From Waterburya sp. (GTDB taxonomy: Bacteria > Cyanobacteriota > Cyanobacteriia > Cyanobacteriales > Xenococcaceae): a stretch of 64,000 nt of DNA. Positions 59,575 through 64,000 of this stretch are shown piece by piece (the stretch's first letter is position 1; the number at the start of each line of letters is the position of its first letter). Made by a program: the position numbers and the translations under genes. Under the pieces are notes generated by a model. The model ran no database searches. It was not told the origin of the DNA and worked only from the letters and a program-made list of their open reading frames with translations. The stretch spans positions 2,048,001 to 2,112,000 of the forward strand of contig CBDCJV010000002.1 of the NCBI GenBank assembly GCA_965217895.1, read 5' to 3'.

Positions 59575-60774
59575 TTATTCTCCATATAGAGGAACAAGCC
59601 CTGCTTTTCTAACTATTGCTTGACCTTCACGAGACAGTAACATCTGGGCATAGGCTTTCCCTGCCAACTGATCGGGAGTTCCATCTTGACGAATAACTAA
59701 GAACAATCTTCGCGTCAGGGGATAATTACCGCTTTTAAATATCCTTAAGTTAGGCTTTCCTGCTATCAAGGGATTCATGTAGTTGCTCGAATTTCCCTCA
59801 GCCAAACCAAATACTTTAATTAATTGCTGATTTTGGACTAAAGATGAAGAGGCAAAAGATATTGTCCCAGGCGTGGCGATTACTTTGCGCAAAGCAAGAG
59901 TATAGTTAGAGACATATTCAGTTGCTGAAGGAATCTTAGCAGCATTATCTAAGTTCAATAGCTCAATATCCTCTGGACTAAGTAAAACTGGAGTTATCGG
60001 CAGATCCTGGTTTCCTAACTGTTTCCAATTAGTAATTTTGCCAGTGAAAATATTCCTAACCTGGTCTAAACTCAAGCCTTTATTGGGAATCTGATTATTT
60101 CCAAAAATGACAATACCGTCAATAGCAATGGGAACTTGTTGTAGTTTCATGTCCCGTAAGCGTGCTTGAGAATATTCTTGATCGACTAAAGGGCGACCAT
60201 TAAAAGCAAAGCTGAGTTCGCCATCCAACAGCATCTTAATGCCATTGCTATAGCTTTGGTCATTGTTTCGAGGTTTAGTATACCTCAGATCAAAGTTAGG
60301 GTGTTCCAAGACCATGGCATCATTCATACCATGAGCCACTAAAGAAGCAAAATATAGTGCGCCTCCATAGCTAAACAATCCGTCGGGTACATCTGGTACT
60401 TGACTCATAGAGTCGTAAAGAGCCAGACTATCTCCCTGAGCAGAAGTGATGTAGCTAGGTTGGCGAGAAATAAAATAATTAACCCAAAGAGCGATCGCAA
60501 TTCCCAAAACCGCTAAACCACTAAGCACGCTTGGCTTTTGAAGCTCCTGCCTGAAACTATTTGCTGAGGACTTAGGTATATTTGCTCGTTGAGGCTTAAC
60601 TACGGGCGGTTTTGTAGCTAATGATTTATCAGCATTGGGTTCATCAATGCTTAAGGGATAAAAACAAATCTCACAATAAACGGCAGAATTATGATTTTCA
60701 AAACCGCATTTAGGACAAATATGCTTTTGGTTCTTAAGTGTAAAAGCTTTTCTTTGGTGATTATTTGACTGCAT
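59575..60774 (-). CDS. PstS-like substrate-binding protein with N-terminal zinc ribbon and TM anchor
   Basis: CPKC..CEIC; PIAIDGIV, IFTGKITNWKQLG, YPLTRRLF. Confidence 0.8.
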   Translation of the reverse strand: MQSNNHQRKAFTLKNQKHICPKCGFENHNSAVYCEICFYPLSIDEPNADKSLATKPPVVKPQRANIPKSSANSFRQELQKPSVLSGLAVLGIAIALWVNYFISRQPSYITSAQGDSLALYDSMSQVPDVPDGLFSYGGALYFASLVAHGMNDAMVLEHPNFDLRYTKPRNNDQSYSNGIKMLLDGELSFAFNGRPLVDQEYSQARLRDMKLQQVPIAIDGIVIFGNNQIPNKGLSLDQVRNIFTGKITNWKQLGNQDLPITPVLLSPEDIELLNLDNAAKIPSATEYVSNYTLALRKVIATPGTISFASSSLVQNQQLIKVFGLAEGNSSNYMNPLIAGKPNLRIFKSGNYPLTRRLFLVIRQDGTPDQLAGKAYAQMLLSREGQAIVRKAGLVPLYGE

Positions 60775-61792
60775 AAGCTTTGATAAAATTTTGATTAAAG
60801 ATTTTGGTTAAACTGGGCTTATTATCAATAGACTTTAATTTATTGACCAAAAAATCGGTGATTTTGAAGGCAGCATAGGGTAAATGTTTCATACTATCTC
60901 CTTCACTAAAAGCTTCCAAGTTCTCCTCAAGGGTAAATATTTTAGTTCCCTCTTTAAATAATTGAAATTCTTCATCGTTTACTCCAGCTCTATCTGCCAA
61001 AATTTTATCGGCTTGGGCAGAATGATCGGACATAAACTGCAAAATGTCAAACCAAGTATCGATTAAAGCCTGTACTTGTTCTGGCTGCTCTTTAATTAAC
61101 TCTTCGGTTACGACCAAAAGATCGGGAATTGCTCCAGGAAATTCTTTGGATGAGGCTATTTCCTTCGATCCTTTTCTTTGCAGCGCATTTAACCAAAAAG
61201 GAGGAAACGCGCCCACTGCATCAGCTTGCCCAGCAACAAAGGCTTCTGCTGCTGCACCAGTTTCAATATCGATGATTTGTACGTCATCCCGGGACATTCC
61301 CTCTTTTTCTAGTGCTAAAGTCAACAGAAAATCATCCACAACCCCCGCCTCAACCGCCACACGCTTATTTTTCAAGTCTTTGACTCCATTAATTCCCGCA
61401 GCAGCAACAATTTTGTCATTACCGGCTGAATTGTCGTTGACCAAAACTGCGACTTCTCCTTTTACTGCATCCACGGCAAAGCTAATTGTATCGTTGAGGG
61501 TTTGACAGTTGCCGTCTATGTAGCCAGAAGCCAAATCTTCCATCGATTTAGTATAGTTGTCGTACCATTTCAGTTCGACATTAGCTCCATTTTTGGTAAA
61601 TAATCCTTCAGATTCGGCGATCGCCCAGGGCCACCAGCCAGCCCAACTGCTATAACCAATTACCACTGCTGGTTTTGTATCCTGAGATGGATTATTAGAA
61701 GCCTTTGACGGTATTTTGTGCCAATTAGTTGTAATTACAAAGCTCAACAATAAAGAAATAGCTAAAAACCAAATTTTCTTTGCCATTTGCAA
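60761..61792 (-). CDS. NitT/TauT (NMT1-like) ABC substrate-binding protein
   Basis: GYSSWAGWWPWAIA..GLF, DNSAGNDKIV, PGAIPDLLV. Confidence 0.85.
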   Translation of the reverse strand: MQMAKKIWFLAISLLLSFVITTNWHKIPSKASNNPSQDTKPAVVIGYSSWAGWWPWAIAESEGLFTKNGANVELKWYDNYTKSMEDLASGYIDGNCQTLNDTISFAVDAVKGEVAVLVNDNSAGNDKIVAAAGINGVKDLKNKRVAVEAGVVDDFLLTLALEKEGMSRDDVQIIDIETGAAAEAFVAGQADAVGAFPPFWLNALQRKGSKEIASSKEFPGAIPDLLVVTEELIKEQPEQVQALIDTWFDILQFMSDHSAQADKILADRAGVNDEEFQLFKEGTKIFTLEENLEAFSEGDSMKHLPYAAFKITDFLVNKLKSIDNKPSLTKIFNQNFIKAYAVK

Positions 61793-61879
61793 GCGTCATT
61801 TGTCGTTATTTGTACTATTGCTTTTCAGAGCTATAGGCTATGAGCATCAATATGAGTTAATTTAGAGGCAATTAATTCA

Positions 61880-61910
61880 CAAGTAGCAAGTAGCAAGTAG
61901 CAAGTAGCAA
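61880..61910 (+). repeat. Heptamer tandem repeat (CAAGTAG)x4
   Basis: CAAGTAGCAAGTAGCAAGTAGCAAGTAGCAA. Confidence 0.9.
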
Positions 61911-62269
61911 TTTTACCTCTCGTTAAAACAAGAGGATTGAAACAAAGAAATGTGTTTTATTTTTTTTCGTCTTTAAAGAGCGCAACGCGCAAGCGTTGCC
62001 AGTCGTCTTCGACGACGATCTGAGCCTGAAAGGCTCTGCGCTTTAGACCAACTTCGGAGTTACTTAATTGCTATCTGTTATCTGCGCGAACTGGAGTTCG
62101 CCGCCTTTCCGAAGGAAAGTCGAGCCGCTCCACGCGGCTGCTACTTAACTCCGAAGGAGTTGGTAATTTAGTTAACAATTGCTTAGTTTCTGAATTAATT
62201 TTAAATTATAGTAATCATAAAGGAAAACGCAGCTTTTTCAAACCTTTAAATTATAAATATTTTGGCGAT

Positions 62270-62480
62270 AATTATGATTTTTGGTTATAAATCAAGCTTT
62301 TTATTTCTCTAATCAAACCAGAATTGCCAAATAAGAGTACCAAAACAAGAATTCCTGAAGCAACAGGCGCGATCGCCTATTTTGGCAAGATAGAATGACT
62401 AATAGCATCTCCTCGCAACGCTAATCTTTGTACCATCAGGTAACTACCAGCGATCGCTGCACAAAGCCGTATTACAAGGG
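62270..62480 (-). pseudogene. Mn/Zn ABC permease gene fragment
   Basis: Manual translation LCAAIAGSYLMVQRLALRGDAISHSILP* matches the GDAISH motif of metal ABC permeases; boundaries approximate. Confidence 0.65.
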
Positions 62481-62534
62481 TTCAAATATGGTTTCTGACA
62501 TTTAAAATAAGGGATAAGCAATTATAGATACAGC

Positions 62535-62957
62535 ATGGAAGAATTAATTAAGCTACGAAAAAGTATTGAAAATAAAAACTATTTAAAAGCTCTGCAAATT
62601 GTCGATGAACTAGAGGAAATGTCGGTAGAAGACAAGCTTAATAAGATATATAGCTACATGATTGTTATACTTCTACACCTTATCAAGCAATCTGCTGAAA
62701 ATAAGCTAACAAGATCTTGGGAGCTTTCGATTGCTAACTCAGTCAAGCAAATTAATAGAACAAATAAAAGACGTAAAGCTGGTGGATATTATGCCCAACA
62801 ACAAGATTTAGAAGAAATAATCAACGATGCTTTTGACATTGCTTTAAAGGGGGCAGCTATAGAAGCGTTTGATGGTGACTACAGCCAAGAAGAAATTTTG
62901 AAGTTAATCGATCCCAAAGAAATTAAAAGCCAAGCACTCTGTTTAATTGATTATTAA
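62535..62957 (+). CDS. DUF29-family protein
   Basis: Paralog of 37615..38040. Confidence 0.8.
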   Translation: MEELIKLRKSIENKNYLKALQIVDELEEMSVEDKLNKIYSYMIVILLHLIKQSAENKLTRSWELSIANSVKQINRTNKRRKAGGYYAQQQDLEEIINDAFDIALKGAAIEAFDGDYSQEEILKLIDPKEIKSQALCLIDY

Positions 62958-63265
62958 TAATGCTAGTTAAAAGATAATTGATGTAATAAGAGATGATACT
63001 AAATCCTGTTGAGATACAACATTTAAAACTTAGGTAAAGGCAGAGAGCAGACTGTAGAGGCAAATGATTTTAGACATTCTTAAGAGACTGTTTGTAAAAA
63101 TAAAATTCTCCTGCTGTTGGGTAGGTTAGGTTTTATATTTAATTCTGCTTACTTACTTATGATTAAAGAAATAATTCCCCTGATTTTTAGCTGTTTTGCA
63201 AAGCATTAGTAGTCATGGGCTCGAGATGCGATCGCTTAATTATAATTTTCGTAAAAGATTAATAG

Positions 63266-64000
63266 TTAAAATCTCAACTGTAAATTAAGTTTGAAATATA
63301 GTTTTCCATCACTTTCCATAATTACCTTGCCATATCTATGTCTAGTTGTGGAAGGAGTATCCAGCTTTATATTTTTAAATAAATAAGACTTTAGACTTTC
63401 CAAGTCAATAATATGAAATGCTACTTGTTCACCAGATTCTTTGACTATAATAGTTCCATTTGATTCATAACTACCATTCCATTTACTACCTGCAAAAAAG
63501 CCTAATAAAGCATCTACTAAAAGATTTTTTACTTTACTGATTAAAAAGTTTTTATCTTCATATTTAATTTTATTAATTAAATTAGTATTTTCATGAACAT
63601 GATTAATAATTTTAGAAATAGAAGAAATCCTATATTTATAAAAAGTAAGCAGTATACTACCAATAATTTCAGGCATAGAAGAATCAACCATTTTAAGATT
63701 ATATTGCATAGTTGATTTTTCTGGAGCAATGTATTTAAATAATCCTCCATATTTTTCAATTGCTTCAATCCTATCTTTCAACTTAGTTTTGGTATTAATA
63801 GAATTAATTTCGTCTACGTTTTCCTTGTTCATATTCTCGATCTCAAATATAAAATTGGTATTGCCAGAAGCATTAAGTAGCGTTGGTTTACTTCCTAAAT
63901 AAGACTTGATACCAAATCCTTCATTTTCTTTTACCAAAACATCATTTTGAATATCTAAAAAAATATCTGCCTTTTGATTGCTTGTTCCACCTTTGATTAA
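63266..64000 (-). CDS. HpaII-family type II restriction endonuclease (5' part outside window)
   Basis: KADI..GIKSYLGSKPTLLNAS..LDTPSTTRH..FKLNLQLRF; frame open to the window edge; very AT-rich. Confidence 0.8.
   Translation of the reverse strand, partial: LIKGGTSNQKADIFLDIQNDVLVKENEGFGIKSYLGSKPTLLNASGNTNFIFEIENMNKENVDEINSINTKTKLKDRIEAIEKYGGLFKYIAPEKSTMQYNLKMVDSSMPEIIGSILLTFYKYRISSISKIINHVHENTNLINKIKYEDKNFLISKVKNLLVDALLGFFAGSKWNGSYESNGTIIVKESGEQVAFHIIDLESLKSYLFKNIKLDTPSTTRHRYGKVIMESDGKLYFKLNLQLRF

Noticed and set aside
61800..62200. Guanidine riboswitch upstream of the NMT1-like SBP
   Set aside because: The hairpins match the dispersed repeat family; ykkC consensus elements were not found by eye.

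Overview
Chromosomal window from a cyanobacterium: psbA, rpaA and ho1 are present, GCGATCGC (HIP1) is very dense, and the DNA is AT-rich. The main structure is a ~25.5 kb Tn7-family transposon (7642..33164) inserted 26 bp downstream of the glmS stop codon. Its ends are readable: matching TGTA(A/C)AAT termini, four TAATTYG-N5-ACAATT repeats and a flanking CAAAAA duplication. Its machinery is decaying: tnsA has a small in-frame deletion, tnsB a premature stop, tnsC is truncated, and no tniQ/tnsD or cas genes are present. Its cargo is an apparently intact biosynthetic cluster: an enediyne-type iterative PKS (KS-AT-ACP-KR-DH-PPTase) fused to two hot-dog thioesterase domains, an RTX protein, a small membrane protein, two paralogous flavin-dependent halogenase-like enzymes, an alpha/beta hydrolase, and a DevBCA-type exporter whose DevB carries an N-terminal receiver domain. 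No E3/E4/E5 enediyne-cassette genes are recognisable. A remnant of a second, older Tn7-like element abuts the left end, and IS and group II intron debris lies between the cargo and the tns genes. The rest is mostly housekeeping and signalling genes, with a family of small modular GC-rich repeats that also sit inside genes. All calls come from reading motifs by eye; no database searches were run.
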